Shown here: piece after piece, positions 39,489-49,431 of the stretch | Position numbering within the stretch: the first letter of the stretch is position 1 | Layout of the letters: the number at the start of each line of letters is the position of its first letter | Assembly (NCBI GenBank): GCA_963827685.1 | Contig: CAWHBU010000007.1 | Location: forward strand, 64,001 to 128,000 | Reading direction: 5' to 3' | DNA from: an uncultured delta proteobacterium | GTDB taxonomy: Bacteria > Desulfobacterota > BSN033 > UBA1163 | DNA length: 64,000 nt | Position numbers and translations under genes: made by a program | Notes under the pieces: generated by a model | Databases searched by the model: none | Told to the model about the DNA's origin: nothing | The model's input: only the letters and a program-made list of their open reading frames with translations

Positions 39489-39560
39489 TCCCCTCACCCT
39501 ATCCCTCTCCCCTTGCCTGCCTGCCGGTAGGCAGGGGGGAGAGGGATAGGGTGAGAGGGA
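39489..39560. repeat. REP-like hairpin with a nested 20 bp palindrome
   Basis: CTCACCCTATCCCTCTCCCC...GGGGAGAGGGATAGGGTGAG with CCTGCCTGCCGGTAGGCAGG (39516-39535) in the loop. Confidence 0.8.
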
Positions 39561-39720
39561 ACATAAGTGATCAGGTCAGTGGGACTCGAAACCGAGAAGG
39601 AACCTTCACACTGTGGAGTAATAAGCTTTTTTTATTGCGGTGGGTGAACAGGTAAAGGATAGGGCAGAAATATAGGATATAATGAGTAGTACTCGGCAGG
39701 ACAAATAAGGAAGTTGCGCC

Positions 39721-40471
39721 TCATTTAATCGGGATTTCGAAAGGCCTCCCGTTGTGCGAAAACCGTACCCGGTCGGGGTAGATCTCCTCAATCTTCACCC
39801 CTTCGACGACAGAGCCCTCGTTGGCGATTACACCGTTGACCATAACGAAGCGTTTCGAGGGGCTCTTCATACCAGACGATCGCCGATAATTTTAACGACG
39901 GCAAAGTCGTGGCAGATCCGTTTGAGGGGGGTGCACCGATCTTAGAAGTTTTGCCCTCTGGAGGGGTCTCGATCTTTGGAGGCACCCGACTTACTCTTTC
40001 TCGAGCGTCACGAGCCGGTTCCTGGGAAAGTGGGGCAGGTGCAACCGGCTGACTCGGCACAGGAGGATTCGTCGGTGCAGGGGGGGATGATTTCGACGGA
40101 AAGCCGGAATCCAGTGGAACAGGCGCCCGTTGTTGAGTCGGTGTAGGAAGATTCGTCGGCCCAGGTGGCGAAGATCTCGACAGCAAGCTGGAATCCGGCG
40201 GAGCAGTTGCAATCAGCTGAGTCGATACAGGGGGACTCTTCTGCTCAGGTGGCGATGATTTGGGCAGAAACCCGAACTTCAACATTACGGCATAGGTAAT
40301 GACGACAGCGGCGATTGCTGTAAGGCAGACAGTGGCAACATACAGCGGAAATTTTTTCCCGGGACGGGGCAGATCGGGCCTGAGAATCTCGATGGCGATA
40401 TTGGCCGCTGCGCTCCGGCGAGACAACTTTTCGCGATCGAGTTTTCTCAGAGCATCCAGTATCACGCTCAT
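39721..40471 (-). pseudogene. gspB: ExeB/GspB-like protein with a frameshift in the C-terminal domain
   Basis: MSVILDALRK N-terminus, TM, Pro-rich linker. Removing one base from the G4 run at 39859-39862 restores EEPSKRFVMVNG...VKIEEIYPDRVRF...PIK* ending at 39721. Confidence 0.75.
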
Positions 40472-42105
40472 TTTCGTCCCACCGTGAGTCTCGGAAGTTC
40501 AAAACGTTTGATGGATCCATATAAAAACATCAGTGTCTGCCCCCCCACGATACCATCTTCATCAATTCCCCTGGACGACTGAAACTTTTTGACGGCCAGA
40601 ACAGTATCGCCGTCATAAACCCCCGTCAAGGGCCTGCTGTAGACTCCTGCCTCTCTGAGAAGGTCCTGAAGCCTTTTAATGTGGCCTCCCCCTGACCCCG
40701 GCGATATATTGGTCAGGAGATTCAAGGAATCCTTCCAGAGAACGAAGCCCTGGCCGGACCAGTGCTTTTCGAGCTCGCTCGACGAAAGGGATCTCCTCCC
40801 TGCAATCGGTGGATCGATAAGAAGCTGTTCGTTCTCCATGCCCACCAGCGAAATGAAGCGTTTCCCCGGTATATCCGGCAGGGTAAGTTCGAGAGCTGCC
40901 GGACAATCGATGCGAAGCAAGGTGCCCAGGTTTCCAGAAAATCTGTACAGACGGAGCTCCCGGTCAAGAGCTGCCCGTTCCATTCCGTTGAACTGGCTCA
41001 AGTTGACGCCTTCCGGGACGGGTGAAACTTTCCATAAGCTGGCCAAAGTATTAAAAGCCCTTCGGACGCTTTCTGATTCCGGGACCTTCCCGAGTTCAGC
41101 AACCATGGCACGGGAGAATCCTTCACCGGCAATAAGGGGGTCCTTGGGGGGCTGCTCCTCCGTTGCCTTGACGTGTGAAGCAATAAACCGGTTGATGAAA
41201 CCAGGCCGTGTCAAGTAGATTCCCGCCACAACGAGGGCCGCCAGGATGACAAATGTGGGGATCAGGATAAGACGTCGTTTCCGGGTATAGGACGTCGTAT
41301 TCCTTCTCATGTCTTTGATCCCTTCTGCAGCAATCTGGGAACTTATCCTCGCCGTGTCTCTTGTGTAGCCGGTCAGAAGCGCCCGATCGCAGGCCGCATT
41401 GATCAGTCTCGGGAGCCCACGTGAATACCTGTATATCCGCTTCAAGGCCCTCATGGAAAAGATGTCACCGCCCCTTCCTCCTGCTGCGACAAGCCGGTGG
41501 TTGACGTAAAGGACGGTGTCCTGAAAATCCATGGGCTGCAGATGATATCGCACGGTGATCCGCTGGCTGAGCTGCCTCATTTCGCTCCTCTCCAGAATCT
41601 GCAAAAGCTCGGGTTGTCCGGACAGGACGATCTGTATCAGCTTTTCCCTGTCTGTCTCCAAGTTCGAGATCAGCCGGATCTGCTCGAGCACCGGTGCTTC
41701 CAGATCTTGCGCCTCATCGATGACGAGAACGACAGTACGGCCCTCGGCATTTTGCTGGAGAAGAAACACGTTGAGGGCATCCAGGGAACTTGAGTTATTG
41801 GAAGGGTTGGATCGAATACCGAATTCCCGGTTTATGTTTTGAAGAAGCTCTGCCGGCGAAAGACAGGGATTGAAGATCAAGGCCGTAAGGTGATGATCCG
41901 CATCAAGCTGGCTGAGCAGTGCGCGCAAAACCGTTGTTTTCCCCGATCCCACCTCTCCTGTCAGGGCAATGAATCCTGCACGATTGTTAATGCCATACAG
42001 AAGGTGGGCAAAGGCTTCCTTGTGGGTCTTGCTCAGGAAGACAAAGCGGGGGTCGGGGGTCAGGTTAAAAGGCTTTTCCCGGAAACCATGAAAGTCGAGG
42101 TACAT
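40468..42105 (-). CDS. exeA: ExeA/GspA-family AAA ATPase with peptidoglycan-binding domain
   Basis: FGFREKPFNLTPDPRF, GEVGSGKT, IDEAQ, GQPEL, GLPRLIN, C-terminal AVKKFQ..DGIVG. Confidence 0.9.
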   Translation of the reverse strand: MYLDFHGFREKPFNLTPDPRFVFLSKTHKEAFAHLLYGINNRAGFIALTGEVGSGKTTVLRALLSQLDADHHLTALIFNPCLSPAELLQNINREFGIRSNPSNNSSSLDALNVFLLQQNAEGRTVVLVIDEAQDLEAPVLEQIRLISNLETDREKLIQIVLSGQPELLQILERSEMRQLSQRITVRYHLQPMDFQDTVLYVNHRLVAAGGRGGDIFSMRALKRIYRYSRGLPRLINAACDRALLTGYTRDTARISSQIAAEGIKDMRRNTTSYTRKRRLILIPTFVILAALVVAGIYLTRPGFINRFIASHVKATEEQPPKDPLIAGEGFSRAMVAELGKVPESESVRRAFNTLASLWKVSPVPEGVNLSQFNGMERAALDRELRLYRFSGNLGTLLRIDCPAALELTLPDIPGKRFISLVGMENEQLLIDPPIAGRRSLSSSELEKHWSGQGFVLWKDSLNLLTNISPGSGGGHIKRLQDLLREAGVYSRPLTGVYDGDTVLAVKKFQSSRGIDEDGIVGGQTLMFLYGSIKRFELPRLTVGRK

Positions 42106-42567
42106 CAGAGCAAATTCCTTGATACTTTCGTATCGTCAAATGGAAAAGGGGAAAAACAGAGAAACCGCAGAATATTGCTTCGATTCGGGCCATCTTAAAA
42201 TAGCAGATTCCAGGATGGATGTAAAACAAATTCTTGGGAGAGTAATCCCTCAGTTATCGTTGGCGGTGATTTGGTAGGGGTGCTGGGCGGATTTTCGAGA
42301 AGCTCCCACCTTCGAGGAGGCAAGCTTCCAAAAGATTTATACCTGCCCGCGCGTAGCCGCTTCGGCGAAGGCAGGGCGGAAACCTCTCAGCGCAACCTAT
42401 CCGAGATGGAAGTTCCCGAACGACCCTATTCTTTGGAATGGCGACGATTGTCCATAACATCTTAACGATCCGCTTGATAAAGCTTTAGAAGCATCCCCGC
42501 CGAATCATTGGGGTCAGAGCCTAACCTCTCGCATCCATAAGGGGTTACTTTGGTAGTAATTTTCTCC

Positions 42568-42595
42568 TTGACATTTGAGAAAAATATGGTAAAAA
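42568..42595 (+). promoter_or_regulatory. Putative sigma70 promoter of the attenuated transcript
   Basis: Perfect TTGACA followed by a TG-G-TAAAAA extended -10-like element. Confidence 0.5.
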
Positions 42596-42621
42596 GGATA
42601 TATTGTCGAGGGTAAGGACGT

Positions 42622-42681
42622 ATGATGCAGTTCAGGAATTTCTTTTACTTTTATTTTAATAGGGCTCACCCATATCCCTGA
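42622..42681 (+). CDS. Phe/Tyr-rich leader peptide MMQFRNFFYFYFNRAHPYP
   Basis: RBS-like TAAGGA and 19 codons including a FFYFYF run. Its 3' end overlaps the antiterminator arm. Confidence 0.8.
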   Translation: MMQFRNFFYFYFNRAHPYP

Positions 42682-42787
42682 GCCGAGCTATATAGTAAGG
42701 GATGCCATGGGTGAGCCAGATGTTCCCCATGGCTTTTTTGTTTCTGCATCACGAAGGCCATGGAAACCATATTCCATGGCCTTTTTG
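42663..42787 (+). promoter_or_regulatory. Transcription attenuator (antiterminator plus two terminators)
   Basis: GGCTCACCCAT (42663-42673) pairs with ATGGGTGAGCC (42707-42717), excluding the terminator GCCATGGG...CCCATGGC-TTTTTT (42704-42739). A second hairpin AAGGCCATGGAA...TTCCATGGCCTT-TTT follows. Confidence 0.8.
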
Positions 42788-42851
42788 ATTTCAGCAAAGG
42801 CGATGATTACCAAAAATAAATCAGAATATCGTTAAGGAGGCTAAAGATCAC

Positions 42852-43775
42852 ATGAATGCAAGAAAGCATGAACCGATTAAGATCACTCCACATTTTTTCC
42901 AATTGGGCACGCCTGCCTTCCCCGCCTATTTGTCCATGGGAAAGGAAGGAATGATTATCGAAGGGGGAACAGGCCCCACGTTCACGATCATGATCGATCA
43001 GATCGAATCATTGGCGATCGATCCAAAGACGATAAAGTATATTGTTTTGACCCATACCCATCCGGATCACATTGGGGCGGTACCGCATTTTCAGCGCGAT
43101 TGGCCTCATATAAAACTCTTGGCAAGCCCCATCGGCGCTAAAATACTTGGCAAGACAGAGCTGTTCAAAGAATTCCAGCTGGTTGATCTTGGCATTGCCC
43201 AGTTGATGAAGGCAAAATCTGAGATCGATACATTGCCAGAGCCCGTTGAAGACTATGCCTTTAGTGTTGATTCTGTCGTCAAGGAAGGGGACAGGATTGA
43301 TTTGGGCGCGGGCATCGCATGGAGGGTTTATGAAACACCCGGCCATTCACCCTGTCATATTGCTTTGTTTGAGGAAAAGGAGGGCACTCTGGCGCTCGGT
43401 GATACCTCAGGATTCTATGTCCCTGGAAAGGATGTATTTTGGCCCAATTATTTTGAATCGCTTGAGAAATACTGCAATACGATCCGGAAGCTGGCTGCGC
43501 TTCCGGCCAAACGAGCTGTCCTTAGTCACAATGCGGTGATTGAAGGAGATGTCCGGCAGCATTTGGAAAAGGCCATGAAGGCAACGGAGAAGTATCATCA
43601 GGAGCTTATGGAAAGATTGGCGAACGGAGAACTCTCTGAAGAGATCGCCATGGATAAGGCTCGGTTCGTCGACAGCCTGACCGATATTCAGCCTTTTAAG
43701 GTCATCTATGATCTCTGTAAGGTGCTCATCAAGAATTCTCTGCAAAATGGAAAAGATGATCATTTTGTTTTTTAG
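42852..43775 (+). CDS. MBL-fold metallo-hydrolase
   Basis: THTHPDHIG, TPGHS, LGD and SH metal ligands. RBS AAGGAGG. Confidence 0.9.
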   Translation: MNARKHEPIKITPHFFQLGTPAFPAYLSMGKEGMIIEGGTGPTFTIMIDQIESLAIDPKTIKYIVLTHTHPDHIGAVPHFQRDWPHIKLLASPIGAKILGKTELFKEFQLVDLGIAQLMKAKSEIDTLPEPVEDYAFSVDSVVKEGDRIDLGAGIAWRVYETPGHSPCHIALFEEKEGTLALGDTSGFYVPGKDVFWPNYFESLEKYCNTIRKLAALPAKRAVLSHNAVIEGDVRQHLEKAMKATEKYHQELMERLANGELSEEIAMDKARFVDSLTDIQPFKVIYDLCKVLIKNSLQNGKDDHFVF

Positions 43776-43828
43776 AAAGGACCTAGCCGCCGTTGGGGTC
43801 CTTGACATGTACGCACTGCTTCACTTAT

Positions 43829-44698
43829 TTAAGAGATGAATTCCAGGTAGTACTTTGCTGTCTCACCAGGTCTTTCAATCATCGGTAAGTGGCCGCAGTC
43901 CTTCATCACAATGACCTTTGAATTTTCGATCCCCTTCTGGAGGACCGGCGCACCTGACGCAGGGAATACACGGTCGGTATCGCCCCAGAGAATAAGAGTC
44001 TTCGCCCGAATCTCCCCTATTGTCGTTTCCAATTGGTTGCCGGGGTTCGCTTCAATAAATACCTTCTTGTTGAAGTCCTTGCTCCGGACTGCCACTTCGG
44101 CTAAATAGGATTTCACCGGGCCGGGGATAAACGGAGGCTTGACAAATAGGAAATCCAACAGCTTGTCATAGTCTGAGACAGATTCGACAATGAGAGGATT
44201 GTTCCCTTTTGCGAGCTCCAGGGAGATCTGGCTTGGTTCGCGGTCGATCACGCCGCCCGGATCCAATAGCCCGAGGCTCAGAATTTCATCTGGATACGTC
44301 GCCGCATAGACGCCGGCGATCAATCCCCCCATGGAATTTCCCGCTATATGAAATTTCTTCAGACCTATCTTCTCCGCGTACTGATGAAGTCTCTTTACCT
44401 GCACGGCAATATCGTACCGATCGCTCCAGATTTTCGAGCTTTCACCGAATCCCGGCAGATCGGGCGCAATCACATGATACTTTTTCGTGAGATATTTGGA
44501 AAATCGTGTCCAGTTGTCTTTATCCCCTCCGAACCCATGGAGCAGCAGAACCGTTTCACCTTTCCCGCCTTCGACATAGACGATTTTATAATGATCGACT
44601 TGAATGGATTTTTCGCTAAGGCCCGCCGAGCCCCTTTCGACACGTCTGGCAAGCACAAACAGGAAAGAGGAAATAATTTTTTTTATTCCAATATTCAT
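43829..44698 (-). CDS. Alpha/beta hydrolase (lipase/esterase)
   Basis: LLHGFG, PDLPGFG, GNSMGG nucleophile, WGDTD, GHLPM. Confidence 0.92.
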   Translation of the reverse strand: MNIGIKKIISSFLFVLARRVERGSAGLSEKSIQVDHYKIVYVEGGKGETVLLLHGFGGDKDNWTRFSKYLTKKYHVIAPDLPGFGESSKIWSDRYDIAVQVKRLHQYAEKIGLKKFHIAGNSMGGLIAGVYAATYPDEILSLGLLDPGGVIDREPSQISLELAKGNNPLIVESVSDYDKLLDFLFVKPPFIPGPVKSYLAEVAVRSKDFNKKVFIEANPGNQLETTIGEIRAKTLILWGDTDRVFPASGAPVLQKGIENSKVIVMKDCGHLPMIERPGETAKYYLEFIS

Positions 44699-44805
44699 TT
44701 CAAAGCCCCCTTTAATATTTTACTTTTCAGTAAGGGCAATCAGGGCAACATCTTAAGATGTAGGGAGTTATCCCTAATTTCCCCTTAACTACATCCACTC
44801 TTGCG

Positions 44806-45058
44806 TGGTTTGTATTTTATATCATGCTTAAAAATTTTGGAAGTGAGAATTTCAAGGGAATCTTTCATGACGGGTTCGTCACCCTCGAACGATGAAAATC
44901 GCTAATCACCCCTCGCCCCCCTTTAGAAAAGGGGGGTTGGGGGATTTGAAAGCTATTTTCTAAGAAATCGCATTCTCATCTCAAGATTGAATAGGGGGGA
45001 GAAAGATTCTCGTGCGGGAGAGACTCTGCAAGCTCTTATGGAAGATTGATGATTCGGG
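44806..45058. repeat. Dispersed ~175 bp repeat, copy B, with a ~107 bp insertion
   Basis: Same consensus as copies A and D but interrupted at about 44857-44963 by a segment containing the hairpin CCCCCCTTTAGAAAAGGGGGG. Confidence 0.88.
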
Positions 45059-45104
45059 GGTCACGACTCCCGTAGTCAATCGATTTGCTGCTTCCGGTAA
45101 TCTT

Positions 45105-46319
45105 CTAATCGACTCTAATGACGACAGCATCTCCCTGCGCCAGACCTCCACAAATAGCGCAGACACCAAAGCCGCCACCTCTTCTCCTTAATTCGTACAT
45201 CATTGTCATCAATATGCGCGCCCCGCTGGCTCCTACGGGATGGCCGATAGCGATAGCCCCTCCGTTGGGGTTGGTCTTGTCCAGAAGCTCACGCCACTTT
45301 GTTTCATCTCGGCCAGCTAATATTTTTGTTGATACCAGAGTCACCGCAGCGAATGCTTCATTAATCTCGATTACCTTCATATCGTCTATGCTCAGACCGG
45401 CTCTCTCCAGCGCCTTCTTTACTACAAACCCGGGAAGTTCGGCCATTCTCCTGGGTTCACTGGCGCTACTCGCCACGGAAACAATCGTTGCGAGTGGAGT
45501 GATCCCCATTTCTTCTGCCTTCGATCTTCTCATAATAATCACGGCCGCTGCCCCCGCATCCAAACCCGGCGCGTTGCCTGCGGTAACCGTAGGGCTTCCG
45601 TAGATGGTCTTCAATTTCACCAGACCCTCCAATGTTGTGTCGGGCTTAGGGAATTCATCTTTGCTAAAAACGAACGGCGCCCCTTTCTTCTGTGGCACTT
45701 CAACGGGCACTAACTCATCATTGAATTTTCCTGCTTTATCAGCCGATGCCCATTTCTTTTGCGACCCCAGTGCCCATTTATCCTGCTCTTCTCGCGATAT
45801 GCCGTACTCCATGGCAATCTCTCCGGCGTCTCGTCCCAGAGGAGTATACTCCCGATAGGTAATAGGATTAAGGTAATCTTGAATCAAAAGCGGCTTCATC
45901 CCCGACCCCCAGCGATGTCCATTCGTCAGCAATGGGGTATTGCTCATATTCTCAGCTCCCACGGCCATACAGGTATCGGCTTCGCGCAGTAGTATTGCCC
46001 TGCGTCCAAGGTGAACGGCACATAGCGATGAGCAGCATGCCCTGTCTATCGTTAAAGAAACCAGCGTGCTGGGTAATCCTGCACGCAACAGGGCCTGTCT
46101 CCCATTCACATTATCGTAGAGAGCGGCCTCCGCCTGATCGCACATTCCATAGTACAATTCGTCCAGGTCTTCACCTTTCAGGCCGGCGCGTTTCAAGCTC
46201 TCCTTGATCACGACAACTCCGAGATCCGTACTATGCATCTCTCGCAACACCCCGCCAAATTTGCTGAAAGGTGTCCTTGCTCCACTTACAATAACAATAT
46301 CGTCTTTTTTATTGCTCAT
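45105..46319 (-). CDS. Thiolase (acetyl-CoA C-acyltransferase)
   Basis: ARTPF, RACCSS active Cys, TAGNA, EINEAFA, GGAIAIGHPVGASG, CGGLAQG. Confidence 0.93.
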   Translation of the reverse strand: MSNKKDDIVIVSGARTPFSKFGGVLREMHSTDLGVVVIKESLKRAGLKGEDLDELYYGMCDQAEAALYDNVNGRQALLRAGLPSTLVSLTIDRACCSSLCAVHLGRRAILLREADTCMAVGAENMSNTPLLTNGHRWGSGMKPLLIQDYLNPITYREYTPLGRDAGEIAMEYGISREEQDKWALGSQKKWASADKAGKFNDELVPVEVPQKKGAPFVFSKDEFPKPDTTLEGLVKLKTIYGSPTVTAGNAPGLDAGAAAVIIMRRSKAEEMGITPLATIVSVASSASEPRRMAELPGFVVKKALERAGLSIDDMKVIEINEAFAAVTLVSTKILAGRDETKWRELLDKTNPNGGAIAIGHPVGASGARILMTMMYELRRRGGGFGVCAICGGLAQGDAVVIRVD

Positions 46320-46563
46320 GTTCTTTTCCTTTCCAGAGCCGGTATCAGTAAGGTTAATAGTTTGAGCGATTCATTGCACAGATAGATCGATTTGTCAAGT
46401 AATGTAGGGATCAAAGGCCATGAAGGCGACGGTCATGAAGGGGATGTTAAATCTGAAACATTTAAAGGAATTTCTGCAAATCCGCTTTCCATCAGAAACC
46501 GCTAATCGATCGAAAAAATAATAGGGAGTTGTCTTTAATTTCACTACAAAGCCTCCCACCTGC

Positions 46564-47367
46564 TCATTGCTTAACCCCCTCTCTAAGCTCTCCCAGCACT
46601 TTTTCATATTCCTTTTTTACAAATTCTCCTCCGTACTTTCTCTCCAAGCGTCGAACAATGAAATGCCCCCGGGCTGCAGCCTGAAAGTGACTGATAAAAA
46701 GGTAGTTGATTGATGCGCCTCCTAATGCTCCAAGGACTGGCACCATTTCGGCGGCCATCTTGTCCGTGACGATAACGCCAAAGCGGGAAGCTAAATTGGC
46801 CATCACTCGGATCACGATCGGCGTGCCTTCCTCCGCAATCCCCCGTTGCGCTATAAATTCAGCAGCCTCCGACAGGGTCCGGGTCAGTGCTGCTCGAACG
46901 GCATAGTAGGCTGTCTCAGCGGCATTGTCACCCCTTGACCTTCCACCTAAAGCAAAAACTGTGATGCATGCCAGATGAGTGTCCATGGAGGAGAGGTCTT
47001 CGCCCTGACTTCGAGCAATGTCAGCAATGGAACGAAGCATCAGGGTTGTCGAGATCGGGAGTTCAACGATTAGGCCAGGAAGTCCGAAGAATCCTCCAAC
47101 AGCGCCGCTGACAAGGACCATCGCCCGATGGATCAACCGAAAGGGCCTGCCGCGGCTCCTCTTATCCATCGTAGACAGCGCGACATAGAAAGTTGTCCCG
47201 ACGGCCTTGGTTGCCGTCTTTCCAATCGCTTGCCCAATCCATCTCGGTAGAGCCTTTATGATTCCTTCAATGGGATACCCAAGCAGGTTGATCAACCGAA
47301 TACTCAGGCCGGGTCTCTCCAAAAGATTGACGGCTGTCCTGAGATCGTTGAGGTCTCTCTCTTCCAT
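46564..47367 (-). CDS. EcsC family protein
   Basis: GAVGGFFG...ELPISTTLMLRSIADIARSQGEDL, VPVLGALGGA, GHFIVRRLERKYG. Confidence 0.85.
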   Translation of the reverse strand: MEERDLNDLRTAVNLLERPGLSIRLINLLGYPIEGIIKALPRWIGQAIGKTATKAVGTTFYVALSTMDKRSRGRPFRLIHRAMVLVSGAVGGFFGLPGLIVELPISTTLMLRSIADIARSQGEDLSSMDTHLACITVFALGGRSRGDNAAETAYYAVRAALTRTLSEAAEFIAQRGIAEEGTPIVIRVMANLASRFGVIVTDKMAAEMVPVLGALGGASINYLFISHFQAAARGHFIVRRLERKYGGEFVKKEYEKVLGELREGVKQ

Positions 47368-47454
47368 TCTATTTGTGTAATGGCCTGGGGCCGGGCTTGA
47401 AATGTTGCAGAGGATAGAAGGGAACGGAGTTAAACAACTTCGTCCCCTCTCCCG

Positions 47455-47574
47455 CGATTCGTATTCTATACCACACTGAAAATTATTGGAAGTGAGAATT
47501 TCAAGGAAATCGCATGCTCACCTAAAGATTGAATCGGGGGGAGAAAGATTCTTGTGCGGGATTGAATCCGCATG
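47455..47574. repeat. Dispersed ~175 bp repeat, copy C (truncated)
   Basis: GTATTCTATACCAC...TTGGAAGTGAGAATTTCAAGGAAATCGCAT...AAGATTGAATCGGGGGGAGAAAGATTCTTGTGCGGGA. Confidence 0.88.
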
Positions 47575-47634
47575 TTTAGGTTGCAGTTTAACCAATTTGT
47601 CCTATATCATAAGGGGGTAAGAGAGGGGTAAGAT

Positions 47635-47940
47635 ATGGCCACTAAGAAACTTCATCCGGTTCATCCCGGAGAGATCCTCCAAAAAGAGTTTTTAGAGCCG
47701 ATGGGGCCTAGCCAGAACAGGCTCGCACTGGCATTAGGTGTGCCTGCAAGACGGGTCAATGAGATCGTTTTGAGGAAGCGGGGCATTACTGCTGACACTG
47801 CATTGAGACTTGCCCGATATTTTAAAATGTCCCCACAATTCTGGCTTGGTCTGCAAATGGACTACGAATTGGATATGGCAGAGGATACCCTTGAAGGCAG
47901 GCTTGAGAAAGAAGTTACTTCGAGGTCCGCTGCAGGATAA
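47635..47940 (+). CDS. higA: HigA-family antitoxin (orphan)
   Basis: HPGEILQKEFL, ITADTALRLARYF, SPQFWLGLQ. Confidence 0.9.
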   Translation: MATKKLHPVHPGEILQKEFLEPMGPSQNRLALALGVPARRVNEIVLRKRGITADTALRLARYFKMSPQFWLGLQMDYELDMAEDTLEGRLEKEVTSRSAAG

Positions 47941-48007
47941 GCAAGAGAATCGTTCTTCTTTTTTCTACATCTACCTTATTTCTTCAGACGGGGGAGGGAA
48001 TTTGAAT

Positions 48008-48325
48008 ATGGCCTGGCTGTTTTTAATCATTGCGGGAATCATTGAGATCGGATGGGCAATCAGTTTGAAATATACGGAAGGGTTCACCCGGTTCTGGCCG
48101 AGCGTGGGGATGTTGGCAGCGGCAATAGCCAGTTTCTTCTTTCTATCCACTGCCATTAAATCCATTCCGGTGGGGACCGCCTATGTCGTTTTCACAGGAA
48201 TCGGAGCCGCCGGCACCGTTCTCTTCGGGATATTCTTCCTGGGGGAATCAAAAGATATGTTAAGGCTTGGGTTTATCACGCTGATTATCATCGGAACCAT
48301 CGGACTGAAGTTTGCAGAGAAGTGA
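48008..48325 (+). CDS. sugE: SMR-family exporter (SugE/Gdx-like)
   Basis: MAWLFLIIAGIIEIGWAISLKYTEGFTR, IPVGTAY, GLK. Confidence 0.85.
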   Translation: MAWLFLIIAGIIEIGWAISLKYTEGFTRFWPSVGMLAAAIASFFFLSTAIKSIPVGTAYVVFTGIGAAGTVLFGIFFLGESKDMLRLGFITLIIIGTIGLKFAEK

Positions 48326-48406
48326 AGCAAGACCACTCTGTTCTCTCTCCCTCAATTGTGAAGTTAACTTAGAACCTACCTCTTCTCCTTCTGCATGTAT
48401 TTAATA

Positions 48407-49417
48407 CTAATCAAGCAACCATTTGCCGTTTTCAATTATCCTTGTCCCATCAATTTCGAGCGTCATCCCGCCGCTCACGGCATCATGATGGATATTGCTG
48501 TAGACATGTCCCCCGACAAATGTCGTATTCTTGCCGCAGGCGATGTGAAGCGTGCCTAAAATCATTTTGTCCGTAATGGTCCCAGAGAAACCCCTATACG
48601 TCAGTACGTGGTTGGTGGCAACGCCAAGCTCAGCGATGTTGGTTCCATTTTCATCCGCAGCGGCGAGGATTTTCCGGCACTTCTCTGCCTCCGGCCCGTC
48701 ACCCACAACTTCCACAATCCTACCGTTCTTTATAATCCAGGCAAAAGGTTTCGCGACCCTTCCCACATGCTCGAAAAATCCATTTACCACATATTTGCCG
48801 TTCGCTGTGCCTTCAACGGGGGCCAGTGCCGCTTCGGCATAAAGAGGTACAGCACCCCATTCGCCGGGCTCCCACATCGACGCTCTCAACCGCTCGCATT
48901 TTCTCCCTTCCACGCTAAAGGTGAGGTCCGTCCCATCGGGCCCGGTAATACGCGCGATCTTACCGGTTTCCATGATCCCTGCCGCTTTTTCCGTACGCTC
49001 TCGAATTTTCATGATATCATCGTGTGCGATATTGGGCGAGAGAATTGGCGCCATGCCGAAACGCGCCTTTTTTTCATTAGTGGCTACATTTCTTGCTTTC
49101 GTGTGAGCGATGATTTGGGTGTTGTCGAGATTCAGCGTGGCCAGTATAACATCACTCGTCATCATTGCATCAACCACTCTCTCCGGGGGCTCCGCTTTCA
49201 TCTCACTATCCTCTACAAAAATGACCGTGGGAATGGCCTGCAGATGCCGAACTTCGGCCTCAAGATATTTACCTACCAGTTTGCGCTTTTCATCATTCTG
49301 AACGATGAGAAGGACTTTTTCGCCGCTTTTAACATTCATGCAGCTTTTGACGATTACTTTCGCCGCATTAACCCTCTGCTCCTCACTTAGATCTTTGACA
49401 CCCAACCGATTCATCAA
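48407..49417 (-). CDS. Aminopeptidase T / M29-like metallo-protein
   Basis: GEKVLLI, GTDLTF, APVEGTANG, NIAELGV, GTLHIACG, HHD. Confidence 0.78.
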   Translation of the reverse strand: MMNRLGVKDLSEEQRVNAAKVIVKSCMNVKSGEKVLLIVQNDEKRKLVGKYLEAEVRHLQAIPTVIFVEDSEMKAEPPERVVDAMMTSDVILATLNLDNTQIIAHTKARNVATNEKKARFGMAPILSPNIAHDDIMKIRERTEKAAGIMETGKIARITGPDGTDLTFSVEGRKCERLRASMWEPGEWGAVPLYAEAALAPVEGTANGKYVVNGFFEHVGRVAKPFAWIIKNGRIVEVVGDGPEAEKCRKILAAADENGTNIAELGVATNHVLTYRGFSGTITDKMILGTLHIACGKNTTFVGGHVYSNIHHDAVSGGMTLEIDGTRIIENGKWLLD

Positions 49418-49431
49418 GTCTCCCTCCCCCT

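Noticed and set aside
39568-39596. tRNA 3'-end-like sequence (reverse complement TTCGAGTCCCACTGACCTGATCA)
   Set aside because: The T-stem does not pair, and there is no cloverleaf or adjacent integrase. At most a degenerate att remnant.
47941-48007. Guanidine riboswitch expected upstream of the SugE/Gdx-like gene
   Set aside because: No ykkC, twin ACGR-loop mini-ykkC or ykkC-III pattern is visible in the 67 bp gap.
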